Assembly: GCA_050331735.1 (NCBI GenBank)
Contig: JBHJGN010000064.1
Coordinates: forward strand, 1-64,000
Source: Cyanophyceae cyanobacterium
Lineage (GTDB): Bacteria > Cyanobacteriota > Cyanobacteriia > Cyanobacteriales > JBHJGN01
Direction of reading: 5' to 3'
Length of the DNA stretch: 64,000 bases
Numbering within the stretch: position 1 is the stretch's first letter; each line of letters opens with the position of its first letter. Below, piece by piece: positions 20,943 through 31,000 of the stretch. The notes under the pieces are model-generated. The model ran no database searches. It was not told the DNA's origin and worked only from the letters and a program-made list of their open reading frames with translations. Position numbers and translations under genes: made by a program.

Positions 20943-21893
20943 TTAATCAGCTTGAGACTTTAATACTCCTAGTTCTTTAAAAACAGGTTTTAGCTGTTTG
21001 GCCAGTTGTCTCGCTCGCAGCTTGCGGGCTTCTGGGACCAGATGATGGTGGGTATCGGCAAACAAACGCGAATCTGTTTTTAAATTATACGAAGTAGGCT
21101 CGTAAACAAGAGGAGCAATCTGAGCCAGTTTTTGAGTCGTTTTCCTCATGTTGGTAACCGTTTTTTCGTCGGTACTAGCGTAAACCCAGGGCAAAGATAG
21201 CACTAAAGTAGCTCCTTTACTTTCGACTTCTTTACGAAACTTAGTGATACGGGCGATCGCATGCCGGGAAATGGGTTTGTGAATCCTCCATTGCCACCAT
21301 TCTCCTTGACGAACTTTTGTCACTGTCGGATCGCCCCGATGAGTAATTGGACCAGAATAGTATCCTGTCATTCTGCCCTTTTTCACAAGATCTACGGTCG
21401 ATTTAGCAAGATTCCTTAAGGAAGGAATTCCTAACCTCCAAAACGTTTGCACTAACTCTTTATTGGGAACCTCACCTAAACTTGGTCGTCCGATGGCAAT
21501 GCCAAAGCTCGCTGAGCGTTCCAATAAACCATCCTCATCAGTGAGAATTAAGTCTTCCGGAATGAGAAGTACAATATCGCCAGGGCGTACTACCTCAAGA
21601 ATACTCGGTAGAATGACGTTCAGTCCAACTGGTCCATCTAAACCCATATTCATTACAGGAATATTCAATTCTTGCTCTAAAATTCTGGAGTCAATCGAAT
21701 GGTGCGCTCCTGAGCCTCCCATAATTAGTAGCCTTTGTGGTGCGTTGATTTGGTCGGCAAGGGCCGTTTTTTGAAAGTACATGGCTCGTAGCCAGCTTAA
21801 TTCGCCACCATAATAGACGTTATAGGCAAAACCAACTGACCACGCAAAACCTGCCGCAATTAACCAGGGAGTCAACTTCAAAAGTTTCCACAT
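20943..21893 (-). CDS. SGNH-like hypothetical protein (DltD/AlgX-like)
   Basis: N-terminal TM, LLIMGGSG, NMGL, FADTHHHL. Confidence 0.6.
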   Translation of the reverse strand: MWKLLKLTPWLIAAGFAWSVGFAYNVYYGGELSWLRAMYFQKTALADQINAPQRLLIMGGSGAHHSIDSRILEQELNIPVMNMGLDGPVGLNVILPSILEVVRPGDIVLLIPEDLILTDEDGLLERSASFGIAIGRPSLGEVPNKELVQTFWRLGIPSLRNLAKSTVDLVKKGRMTGYYSGPITHRGDPTVTKVRQGEWWQWRIHKPISRHAIARITKFRKEVESKGATLVLSLPWVYASTDEKTVTNMRKTTQKLAQIAPLVYEPTSYNLKTDSRLFADTHHHLVPEARKLRARQLAKQLKPVFKELGVLKSQAD

Positions 21894-22268
21894 AAGCTTA
21901 TTACCTAAATTGTGAGATAACTGCAACCTGATTTTGTCTTTCTCTACATAATATGGAAGACAGAGGATGTGAACAAGCCTTAATATTTGCCGGACTAAAC
22001 GCTGTAATATGCTTGGGAAGAATCGTGTTTTATCAAGATTATCACCGCTGAGTGCAAATTTGAGGTCTGGTCTTTTTCTTTTCCTTCATCGTTTTGTCAG
22101 GTAACAAAGCTTTTTGCTACTATACTTAAGTTATCTAGTTTCTTACTTAGGCATTTGAAAAAAGCTAACTAATTCGCTGTCTTAGCACACTACATTCTTT
22201 CTTCTCTAGTCAGAATATCATTGATGATTAGCTATAGACAATAAAGCGCTGTTTCTATATTAACATTT

Positions 22269-23480
22269 GTGATGTCTAAACACGTTTTTGTAAATCATTC
22301 TCTTCTTAAAAGGCAAAAAGCTTGCGAGAAGCGTAATCGCCAGCAAAGCAACTATGCGTCTTACAACTGTTTTTTAATACTAATTGCTGCTATTCCTGTT
22401 GCCATCGTTGCTTTTCTGAATTGGACAATTGATCCTTTAGATATTTTTAAAACGCCCAATTACTGGCAGCTCAATCACGAGAAGCCCAGAAAAGACAATA
22501 ATGATCGCTTATTTAAAGCTGTTGATGTTATTCGGTTGCAACCTGAAATAATTATTGGCGGTTCTTCTCGTACTAAACAAGGAATTAACCCTGACTATTT
22601 ACCAATAGGATCGGAAAAGGCTTATAACTTAGCAATCGATGGTCCTAATTTCTACGAAATCAGCAGATACATTGAACATGCTATTCATAATCAGCCAGAC
22701 CTAAAACAAATTATTTTAGGACTAGACTTTTTTATGTTTAATAAAAACCTGCAAAACCAGCCTACCTTTGAAAACTCAAGACTAGAGAAAAAACAAATGT
22801 CTGTTGAGGATTTAGTCAACAGTTTATTTTCGATTGATGTTTTGAACTATAGTTTAGAAACTATAAAAGCAAGTAGAAATTCTCCTAAAACCATTGAGGA
22901 AGAATACGGAGATAACGGCTTTATGCCTAACAGAAACTTTGACAATGGAGAGACTGTCTGGCGTTTTGAGCAATCAATTAAGCTTTATTTTAAGCTACAC
23001 TCAAACTATCAATTTTCTCAGTCCTACTGGAATGATTTCAAACAAATTGTTCAACTCTGCCAAGAAAATGATATTGATCTGAAGGTTTTTATTTCTCCGG
23101 CCCATGCGACTCAGTGGGAATCAATTGACGCTACTGGAAAATGGTCGATTTTTGAGCAATGGAAAAGAGAAATCGTTCAATTAACTCCTGTTTGGGATTT
23201 TTCTGGTTATCACAGTATTTCTACAGAAAAAATTACTGAGAGAATGAAGTACTACGCAGACAACTCTCACTATGGCGAACAGGTGGGAAACCTAATCATC
23301 AACCGAATTTTCAACCATAACTTAGAATCTGTTCCGGCAGATTTCGGAATTTTAGTCACCTCGCAGAATATCGAGTCTCACTTGGCTAATATTCGCAGGC
23401 AAAAAGAAACCTGGCGAACCAATAACCCAGAGGAAATGAGGTTAGTAGAACAACTTAGAAAAGAATCAACAGCCAATTGA
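22269..23480 (+). CDS. SGNH-like hypothetical protein of surface-polysaccharide loci
   Basis: TM, IDPL, IIGGSSR, LGLDFF, FISPAH, WDFSG, YADNSHY. Confidence 0.65.
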   Translation: MMSKHVFVNHSLLKRQKACEKRNRQQSNYASYNCFLILIAAIPVAIVAFLNWTIDPLDIFKTPNYWQLNHEKPRKDNNDRLFKAVDVIRLQPEIIIGGSSRTKQGINPDYLPIGSEKAYNLAIDGPNFYEISRYIEHAIHNQPDLKQIILGLDFFMFNKNLQNQPTFENSRLEKKQMSVEDLVNSLFSIDVLNYSLETIKASRNSPKTIEEEYGDNGFMPNRNFDNGETVWRFEQSIKLYFKLHSNYQFSQSYWNDFKQIVQLCQENDIDLKVFISPAHATQWESIDATGKWSIFEQWKREIVQLTPVWDFSGYHSISTEKITERMKYYADNSHYGEQVGNLIINRIFNHNLESVPADFGILVTSQNIESHLANIRRQKETWRTNNPEEMRLVEQLRKESTAN

Positions 23481-23491
23481 AGGAACGCGCC
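23479..23491 (+). ncRNA. Possible 3' remnant of a glutamine (glnA-motif) riboswitch
   Basis: GAAGGAACGCGCC 34 nt upstream of a DUF4278 ORF; 5' half (CGTT..CGGAAGTA) not seen. Confidence 0.35.
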
Positions 23492-23525
23492 TTACTTAAG
23501 GTCACACATTAAGGAGGCGAGGAAA

Positions 23526-23693
23526 ATGACACTCAAGTATCGCGGCATCAGCGACGAAGGAAAGCTGCCGACAATAGTTCAGGGAGAGGTTAAAGCCACT
23601 GAGCCGTATCGTGGTGTTACGAGCAATTTTCATGAAAACAGCGCTTTGCCCGTTCCAGAGCATCTGGTGGAGCAAACACTGCGCATAGCCTGA
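23526..23693 (+). CDS. DUF4278-like small protein, 55 aa
   Basis: AGGAGG RBS; MTLKYRGISD...EPYRGV, two YRG motifs. Confidence 0.7.
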   Translation: MTLKYRGISDEGKLPTIVQGEVKATEPYRGVTSNFHENSALPVPEHLVEQTLRIA

Positions 23694-23991
23694 GACAGTT
23701 TCGGGTAACTGCTCACAATTTTTACCTAATTTTTTGTGTAGAGGCGATCGAAGTTACCGAGAAAGCTTTTCCTCGTCCAAAGACATCCCCAGCGCTGACG
23801 GGGAGGAAGGCAGTAAGAACCTTGGGAAAAAAATCGGCAACAAGCGCAGGAAAACACATCGGAGTTAAAGAAATTTTTGCGCAACAGGCAAACCCCTCTA
23901 AATTGCAAGGAGGTACACTATGGCTGAATACTATGTCTCTAAAGTGCGGCAACGAGTAGGATTGGAATCAATTCGTTTTCGCCATTCGATG

Positions 23992-24279
23992 CTACGGCGG
24001 ACGCTTAGCAATTACGTCTACCCCAGGAGGCGTACAGAGTAAAGTATGTTGTTCTAGCCAACGAGTTTGCCCATCGATGGCACAGGCACATCCAGCTAGC
24101 CAATCGGCTACTCTTTGCTGTTTCTGGGGAGTCAAATACTCTAGTTTAACGACAACGACTTTTCTCTGTCTCAAAGCTTCCAGGGCTTCGACAACAGACG
24201 AGTCGGTGCGTGGCTCCACGATTAACACCTCTAGCTGAGTGACAGAAAACAGCTCTTCCCAATGCTTTTTCCGACTCAT
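23992..24279 (-). CDS. Short SepF-domain protein (paralog)
   Basis: EPRT..ALEALRQRKVVVV..QRVADWLAG..AIDG..LLCTP; lacks the long N-terminal region. Confidence 0.75.
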   Translation of the reverse strand: MSRKKHWEELFSVTQLEVLIVEPRTDSSVVEALEALRQRKVVVVKLEYLTPQKQQRVADWLAGCACAIDGQTRWLEQHTLLCTPPGVDVIAKRPP

Positions 24280-24419
24280 CTTACTATCGCCCTGCCTTGA
24301 ATTAGCACCCTGCGGTTTCTCCCGTAGTATACTGGCAAGCTAATCTAGAGACTACTCCTTGCGTTTGGCAACAAAGAGCCAAGAACTCGGTAGAAACAAG
24401 GTATCGCGATCCCCTGTTG

Positions 24420-24863
24420 CTATTCGTGGTCTAGATAATCTTCTGCTGATTCTGGATTCAATTCCCAACGGCGGCGATCGCGTCGCCCTACCTTAGAATA
24501 AGTATGAATGTATTCTCCGTCGAGCGCATCAACTCCTACAGAATGAAGCAGATCCTCGGTTACATTTTGGTCAGGAGTCGGATTTTGACCGCCAACAGCT
24601 TCTTCGCCAACGGCTTCTGCTTGATACTCATTGTCATCCAAATCTCCTCCAGTGACATCCCCTCCAGCTCTTTTAGCATTCCTGAGATGTTCTAGCACTC
24701 TGCCCATCCCCGTGTTGCGATCAATTAAGCCTTCACTCATCAAATTGGCGTTGATCTCTTCTTCGGTGAGTTCAGAATCCTCCCACAGCACGTATTCCAA
24801 AGGCACGTCTTCCCCTGGAGAGGGTCTAAAGTCGTCAGCGTCTTGGTAGCTAGAATTAAGCAT
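24420..24863 (-). CDS. DUF6335-like acidic protein
   Basis: TGGDLD..AVGEEAVGGQNPTPDQN..RRDRRRWELNPESAED; GGAGG RBS. Confidence 0.75.
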   Translation of the reverse strand: MLNSSYQDADDFRPSPGEDVPLEYVLWEDSELTEEEINANLMSEGLIDRNTGMGRVLEHLRNAKRAGGDVTGGDLDDNEYQAEAVGEEAVGGQNPTPDQNVTEDLLHSVGVDALDGEYIHTYSKVGRRDRRRWELNPESAEDYLDHE

Positions 24864-25008
24864 TAGTCCTCCAAAAGACCCAGAACGCGCTTGATGACAA
24901 TGAAGGGTCTTTATCTACTTAAATTCTAGCAATAACGCCATTGCTCTCGATGGCGACCAGAATCTTTTTAACCTCGCTTCCGACTGGCAACAGATTGTTT
25001 TCCTAACT

Positions 25009-25044
25009 ACGTTATGGGAAAGCAATTTGAGGAACTTGTAAGGA
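25009..25044 (-). promoter_or_regulatory. Direct-repeat operator upstream of the DUF6335-like gene
   Basis: Minus strand TCCTTACAAGTTCCTCAAA (25044-25026); TAACGT at +30. Confidence 0.55.
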
Positions 25045-25290
25045 TTTCCCGGAGCATGGTTCCCTTTACTATAGAGCAACCAGAATGCAGTTTCCGTGAC
25101 TGGTAACATAAAAATGGAATACAGACGGCATAGCCAGGTTTGAAGGACAATTTTCTCCAAAGTGTGCCATAACAGAAGCGGAGTTTTTTTGCAGCTAACG
25201 CTGATGGGAACTCTGAGTCGCTTTTGCTGACAGTGTTCAATCCTAGTCGTTGAATTGCCGAAAGTTATTCAAAAAGATATTACCAATAGT

Positions 25291-26094
25291 ATGATTGAGG
25301 AATTCAAATATCACTTAAGAAATTTACTGGCATTAAGGTTTCTATCAGCAGCGGTTTCGGGTAATTTATTTTTAATTTTTGGCTGTCAGAGAAGTGGAAC
25401 AACTCTATTGCTCTCTGTGCTTAATGCTCATCCTAAAATTACTGCTGTAGACGAAACGGAGTTTCCGAGTCCATATCCTTTTCCTTCAGCTCAAAGATTG
25501 ATGCTCCAGAAAGCATCTAACGCTTATTTATGTTTTAAAATTCTAGAACATTCCCATAGACTAGATTTTCTCAAGAATTATTACCCTCATGCAAAAATAC
25601 TGTGGCCAATTAGAAACCCTCGCAGTACAATTGCATCGATGATTAGTTTAAAAAACTCTGAAGGAGATTGGATCGATCGATGTGCCATCAACGAAATAGA
25701 AAGACTACAACCCTTTTTCGGAGAAGAGATCAAGCAATGGGATCTACTGAAGCTATCCAAGGTTGAAATAGGAGCAATTTATTGGCTATACAAAAACAAG
25801 TACCCTGACATTCTTAAGAAAAATAGCTTTGATGTTCTTGTGTTTAAATACGAAGATTTTATTCAAAACCAAGAAGAAATGCTAAAAAAGATTACTGCTT
25901 TTCTTGAACTTGAATGGGACAAGAGCTTACTAAAGTTTTACCAAAAGAATTCAGGTAAAACTTTGGCAGGAGGAACAAGAACGGATCAAAAGATTGATGT
26001 TAATAAAGTCAACAATCTCCGGGGACTAAATACAGAGGACATGAGCAAGATTAACGTAATTTGTAAAGGCTTAATGAACAAGTACGGCTATTAG
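25291..26094 (+). CDS. Sulfotransferase family protein
   Basis: GCQRSGTTLL PAPS-binding motif, IRNPRSTIAS, KYED. Confidence 0.88.
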   Translation: MIEEFKYHLRNLLALRFLSAAVSGNLFLIFGCQRSGTTLLLSVLNAHPKITAVDETEFPSPYPFPSAQRLMLQKASNAYLCFKILEHSHRLDFLKNYYPHAKILWPIRNPRSTIASMISLKNSEGDWIDRCAINEIERLQPFFGEEIKQWDLLKLSKVEIGAIYWLYKNKYPDILKKNSFDVLVFKYEDFIQNQEEMLKKITAFLELEWDKSLLKFYQKNSGKTLAGGTRTDQKIDVNKVNNLRGLNTEDMSKINVICKGLMNKYGY

Positions 26095-26172
26095 CTTTTT
26101 ACTTCTAATGATGTTTACTAGGTTGCCAGCGCACTCTATACTATTTAGCATAACAGAACAAGCTAGCTACTA

Positions 26173-26967
26173 ATGAGTAATTCAAATTTTGGTGTTTTCT
26201 ACGCCGCCGCCGGAGAAAAATATATTAAAGAAGCTTGCTACTCGGCTAAAAGTTTAAAAAAGATCAATCCATCGATAAAGATTTCTTTAGCCTGTAATCA
26301 GGAACCCCAGGAAAGAAGTTTATTCGATCGAGTTATATTAGTAGATGAACAAGTCACCTGTAGAAATGAAGGTTTATTGTTTAAAGTCAAACATTTATAT
26401 TTTTTATCCCCCTATCAAAAAACTATTTTTGTAGATACAGATACTTACTTTGTTGATGACTGCGAGAGCGGCTTTAACCTGCTGGAATATTTTGATATTG
26501 CCCTAGTGCCGGCTCTGGTTGATAAGCACTACCCGATCTTAGATGGTCAGAAGATTGCGAGCAAACCCTTAAACACAGGCGTAATTTTATTTAGAAAAAA
26601 TGAAGCAAACGACCAGTTGTTTAAAAGATGGCTTGCTATTTATTCTGAGAAGCTTTTAGCAAACGGTAACCTAAAGGAGAGCGATCAAACTGCTTTTACA
26701 GAAGCGCTATTTCAGTCGCCATCAAGACTGTATCCACTGCCAAGCGAATGGAACGCTAGATTCTGCTTTATTTGTACCTTTGCTGAGCCTGTTAAAATCC
26801 TTCACGGCTATTCTCGCAATATCGAAAAGATTGCTCATTTAATTAACCGGAGCAAAGGACATCGAGTGTGGATTCCTCATTTGAAAAGATGTATTAACTT
26901 TAAGCCCTATACATGGAAGCATAGCGTAGGAAAACTGCTAGGAAGTTTTGGAATTACCAGAAGTTGA
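26173..26967 (+). CDS. GT-A fold glycosyltransferase (GT8-like)
   Basis: SPYQKTIFVDTDT, NTGVI, SDQ, WNAR, ILHG. Confidence 0.8.
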   Translation: MSNSNFGVFYAAAGEKYIKEACYSAKSLKKINPSIKISLACNQEPQERSLFDRVILVDEQVTCRNEGLLFKVKHLYFLSPYQKTIFVDTDTYFVDDCESGFNLLEYFDIALVPALVDKHYPILDGQKIASKPLNTGVILFRKNEANDQLFKRWLAIYSEKLLANGNLKESDQTAFTEALFQSPSRLYPLPSEWNARFCFICTFAEPVKILHGYSRNIEKIAHLINRSKGHRVWIPHLKRCINFKPYTWKHSVGKLLGSFGITRS

Positions 26968-27073
26968 GGGGGAGATCAAAGATATAGCCACTAAGCTTGT
27001 AGTTGAGATTCTAATAACGTACCCGTGACAAGCTTAAGCTGATTTGCATCCTGCTTATTAGACAGAATCAGCT

Positions 27074-27107
27074 TCTTCACAAGATCTTCAACTTTTGTGT
27101 CTAATTT
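27074..27107 (+). promoter_or_regulatory. Direct-repeat operator plus -10
   Basis: TCTTCACAAGATCTTCAAC at 27074-27092; TAATTT at 27102. Confidence 0.7.
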
Positions 27108-27184
27108 TAAAACAGGCTAGGTTTTGAAACGGCGGTTTCGTTACTGTTCTAGATAGCGCCGTTTGAAGTCAGAGGAGTATTTTC

Positions 27185-27370
27185 ATGCCTCGTTGCCCGT
27201 GTTGCCAGACAGTTTTGCTGCGTCATATTCGGCGCCATCGAATTTACTGGGGCTGTCTAGGCTATCGAGAGGAGATGCCCTCTCTTCGGCCTCAACTCAC
27301 CATTGACACAGCTCCTCAACGGCCAGAGAATCTACTAAGCTTTAGATTAAAGCTCAAAGTAGCGGTTTAG
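27185..27370 (+). CDS. Small Cys-rich (Zn-ribbon-like) cyanobacterial protein
   Basis: MPRCPCC..LLRHIR..YWGCLGYREEMP; GAGGAG RBS. Confidence 0.7.
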   Translation: MPRCPCCQTVLLRHIRRHRIYWGCLGYREEMPSLRPQLTIDTAPQRPENLLSFRLKLKVAV

Positions 27371-27397
27371 TCAATCGACGGTGATTCGTCAACAGCT

Positions 27398-29431
27398 ATG
27401 AATGCACCAGGGAAAGACCCTTTCATTGATGATTCATCAGCTCAAGAATTTTTTTTGGTTTGTGGGTTGGGTAGTTTGGGTCAACATTGCGTAATGACTC
27501 TCAAAAATTTTGGAGTCCGAGTCATTGCTATTGAGCTAACACCGCCTCAATCTTGGGAAATTCCCGACCTCGACGAGCGATTAGAAGAAATTATTTGGGG
27601 CGACTGCCGTCAAGATCGGATTTTAAAACAGGCGGGAGTCGCCACGTGTCGCGCCGCACTTTTAGTAACTAGTAACGAACAGGTCAATATTGAGACGGCT
27701 TTAGCCGTGCGCCAGCTTAGCTTTCGCACTCGCCTAGTAGTCCGCTCCGGCCAAGAAAAACTGAATCAACTGTTAAGTCAGCAGCTCGGTAATTTTATTG
27801 CCTACGAACCAACTCAGCTAACATCAGCCGCTTTTGCTTTGGCGGCTTTGGGAACTGAAACTCTGGGTTCTTTTAAGCTGGCCGGAAAACGCTGGCAAGT
27901 TCTTGAACTAACTGTCAAGCGTCATCACCACTGGTGCGTATCTCGACCACTCCACGACCTCAATAGCCATCGGCGACTCATCTTAGCTCACGCGCGTCAG
28001 AGCTTTCACTCACCCCAGTCTTTTTACCAGTGGGAACCGGACGATATTGTATCGCCAGGAGACACTTTAGTATATCTTGAAACTACCGAACAGGACGGAC
28101 ATGGATTTGGAGCAGCGCGAGCGGCTCCCTTTTGTTCCCCGACTCGACCGGTTCGAGCTCCATTCCGCCTTGATTGGGAACGCTTCAAAAATCAAGCTAG
28201 TCGATTCTGGCAAGATTTCCATCAACCAGTGCGGCGATTAGCTCTCATTTGCAGCGTTATTGTGCTCTCGCTATTGCTCATCGGGACTTTCCTGTTCCAC
28301 TGGTATTATTCGCAATTTACTGTTGTGTCTGCTTTTTTAGTCGCTGCGATTCTTCTGTTGGGGGGATACGCCGATTTATTTGGAGGACTTGAGCAGATAG
28401 CCTCGATTCCCTGGTGGCTGAAGCTACTCAGTTTTAGTCTGACGGTCGCAGGGACGATATTCGTTGGAGTGTTGTACGCTCTGCTAATAGAAGCCTTGCT
28501 CGCCTCTCGATTTCAATTTGCGCCGCCTCGCCCACCAATTCCACAGCTCAATCATGTCGTCATTGTTGGTCTCGGTCGTGTTGGTCAACAGGTAGCGGCT
28601 TTATTGCAAGAATTTAAGCAGCCATTTGTTGGCATTCCAATTAACTCTGGCCCAGATGGGTCTACTCTCCCGCAAATGCCGCTCATCGAAGGGAACTTGA
28701 CCGAGACTCTCCCCAAAGCAAATTTAGCAACAGCTAAAAGCATTGTTGTTGTCACCAATGATGAGATTCAGAATTTAGAAGTGGCTCTACTGGCACGGGC
28801 TATCAATCCTCACCTTGCTGTCGTCATTCGGACTTTAAGCACTCGTTTAGCGGAACATCTCAGCGGTCTCTTCCCGCGAGCGCAAGGAATTGGAACCTAC
28901 GCAGTAGCCGCCGAAGCATTTGCAGCGGCGGCTTTTGGAGAGAACATTCGTAATTTGTTTCGTCTGCATAGCCGCACAATTTTAGTCACGGAGTATCAAA
29001 TTGAGGCTGCCGATACCCTCACGGGTCTTTTGCTAGGCGAAGTCGCTTACGGCTACGGTGTCGTTCCGATACTCTATCAAAGACCTTCTCAGGCTTCTAT
29101 TCTAATGCCCTCAGACGAGATTCGATTAGAAGCAAGCGATCGCCTCGTCGTTTTAGCCACAATCGATGGACTGCGACGCATCGAGACCGGTCAGTTAAAT
29201 CAACAATCCAAGGGCTGGCGAGTTCATATTGAAACAGCATTAACCTCGGAAGGAGTTTTTGAAGGAGGAAATTTACTCGTCCGCTTCACAGGATGCCGAC
29301 TCAGTACTGCTAGAAACTTGATGAATAATCTCCCGCAAACGTTACCCGTTCCTTTATACAAACTCCAAGCCCAAAAACTCGTCAAAGAGCTAAGTAAAGC
29401 TTTAGTGAAGGCTCGTATCCTCAATTCTTGA
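27398..29431 (+). CDS. TrkA-N/RCK-domain potassium channel family protein
   Basis: Two Rossmann motifs (VCGLGSLG, IVGLGRVG) flanking a TM region with LLGGYAD. Confidence 0.85.
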   Translation: MNAPGKDPFIDDSSAQEFFLVCGLGSLGQHCVMTLKNFGVRVIAIELTPPQSWEIPDLDERLEEIIWGDCRQDRILKQAGVATCRAALLVTSNEQVNIETALAVRQLSFRTRLVVRSGQEKLNQLLSQQLGNFIAYEPTQLTSAAFALAALGTETLGSFKLAGKRWQVLELTVKRHHHWCVSRPLHDLNSHRRLILAHARQSFHSPQSFYQWEPDDIVSPGDTLVYLETTEQDGHGFGAARAAPFCSPTRPVRAPFRLDWERFKNQASRFWQDFHQPVRRLALICSVIVLSLLLIGTFLFHWYYSQFTVVSAFLVAAILLLGGYADLFGGLEQIASIPWWLKLLSFSLTVAGTIFVGVLYALLIEALLASRFQFAPPRPPIPQLNHVVIVGLGRVGQQVAALLQEFKQPFVGIPINSGPDGSTLPQMPLIEGNLTETLPKANLATAKSIVVVTNDEIQNLEVALLARAINPHLAVVIRTLSTRLAEHLSGLFPRAQGIGTYAVAAEAFAAAAFGENIRNLFRLHSRTILVTEYQIEAADTLTGLLLGEVAYGYGVVPILYQRPSQASILMPSDEIRLEASDRLVVLATIDGLRRIETGQLNQQSKGWRVHIETALTSEGVFEGGNLLVRFTGCRLSTARNLMNNLPQTLPVPLYKLQAQKLVKELSKALVKARILNS

Positions 29432-29449
29432 CACTGCCACTAACAACGA

Positions 29450-31000
29450 CTAGCCACTCGCGATCAGTTCCGGTTGTTGCCGAATTGATTCTCCCGTCAA
29501 TAATTCTGCTACATCCATGCCGTTACCGATCACTCCAGGAACGCTCGGATAGCCAGCACTCGCCCCCACTAAGTAGAGATTTGGTAATTCGGTGCGATAC
29601 CCAAGACGATTCAGGCCAATCTGTTGGGGAATCAGATTGGCACCGTAGATATTTCCGAGGGGCTGTCCGAGGTAATATTCGCTTGTTGTTGGAGTGCCAA
29701 AGACTTTCATCCGAATATAACTATCGATATCAGGAACTAACTCTCTAACGCTCGTCACGATCCGCTGATAGGTGGCTCGTTTTCTGGCTTTATAGGCTGT
29801 TAAGTCGGTTTCGCGCAGCTCTTTGAACGGTTTGTAGGGGCAGACGGTGGCAATTTCTAAAACGTGATGTCCGGCTGGTGCCATTCCGGGTTCGCGGGAT
29901 TTGAGAGTCGGACAGGACAAAAAGAACCAAGGGCGTTCTAAATTGCCTTGAAGCTGCTGTTGATAGGATTGATTCAGATCGCCGTTTGGATAGTACCACA
30001 CGTTCCAGTTGCCGATGCCGTAGCGCTGCGGTTCAAACCGAGAGTCTAAACCGAGATAGATATTGAACGCACTCGCCGAGTATTCGTAGTTTGTCAGGCG
30101 GCGATACTCCTGCCGGCTTAAGGCCAGGGAATTGTGCATCAATTGAACGGTCAATTTGGGATCGAGGTCGCTGATGTAGCCAATGTCGGCTTGATAGGTT
30201 TCTCCTCCAGCCGTGACGCTGTTCACCTGATGATTGTCTACATCAATGTGCTGCACGGGGGTGGAGTAGTAAACGTCACCCCCGCCAGCGGTAATGGCAG
30301 AGACTACGGTATCAACGAGGTGTTTGAAATGATACTGAGGATAGTACGCCCCTTCCGAGTAATCCCAAACCAAAGAGGCATGAGTAATCAAAGAGATTTC
30401 TGCTGGCGGCAATCCATAATCCCCACTCTGACCTGCCAAGAGAGCCTGCAGTTTGGAGGAGAGTCCAGCGCGATTGTAGAGATCTTGTAGCGTCCAGTTG
30501 CGTCGGGTAAATAGGTGCCAATACTTAGGCAACAATAGCCAGTCAGACCAGTGGACATCGAACCAGCGGACCTCGCTGCTGAGCTTTTGGATCTCTTGAT
30601 GGAGTTGCTTAATTTCGTCGCAGTAAAGGTTGATGGCCCGTGCTTCTGTTGGAAAAGTGGTCAGCAGGCGATCGCGGAATTTCTCCCAGTTCATCGGAAT
30701 GCGAAAATCAACCTCTGGAGTAATCACCCGGTCGATGCAGTCGGGGTCGAGGGAATTAAAGGGAACCTGTCGTTGAATATAGTCGAGAAATTGCTGTACC
30801 GCCTGTCCCTCGCCGCACTGATAAATATAGTGAACGTCGGCACAGAAGCGATAGTCGCCATAGTCAAACGTATGACAACAGCCCCCCGGTAGGTAATGCT
30901 GTTCTAGAACAGCCACCTGATATCCCCGACGAGTTAAACAGGCAGCGGCGGATAATCCGCCCAAGCCTGCTCCTAAAATAATATAATCATAGCTTTTCAT
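29450..31000 (-). CDS. Phytoene desaturase (CrtI)-like FAD-dependent oxidoreductase
   Basis: ILGAGLGGL, LEQH..PGG, GNIYG, NLYLVGA; AGGAG RBS. Confidence 0.85.
   Translation of the reverse strand: MKSYDYIILGAGLGGLSAAACLTRRGYQVAVLEQHYLPGGCCHTFDYGDYRFCADVHYIYQCGEGQAVQQFLDYIQRQVPFNSLDPDCIDRVITPEVDFRIPMNWEKFRDRLLTTFPTEARAINLYCDEIKQLHQEIQKLSSEVRWFDVHWSDWLLLPKYWHLFTRRNWTLQDLYNRAGLSSKLQALLAGQSGDYGLPPAEISLITHASLVWDYSEGAYYPQYHFKHLVDTVVSAITAGGGDVYYSTPVQHIDVDNHQVNSVTAGGETYQADIGYISDLDPKLTVQLMHNSLALSRQEYRRLTNYEYSASAFNIYLGLDSRFEPQRYGIGNWNVWYYPNGDLNQSYQQQLQGNLERPWFFLSCPTLKSREPGMAPAGHHVLEIATVCPYKPFKELRETDLTAYKARKRATYQRIVTSVRELVPDIDSYIRMKVFGTPTTSEYYLGQPLGNIYGANLIPQQIGLNRLGYRTELPNLYLVGASAGYPSVPGVIGNGMDVAELLTGESIRQQPELIASG

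Noticed and set aside
23710..23745. Ninth copy of the direct-repeat operator (TGCTCACAATTTTTACCTA)
   Set aside because: Second half-site and -10 hexamer are too degenerate.
23881..23915. c-di-GMP-I riboswitch (GGCAAACC seed)
   Set aside because: Lacks the GAAA tetraloop and the GACGCAAAGC segment.
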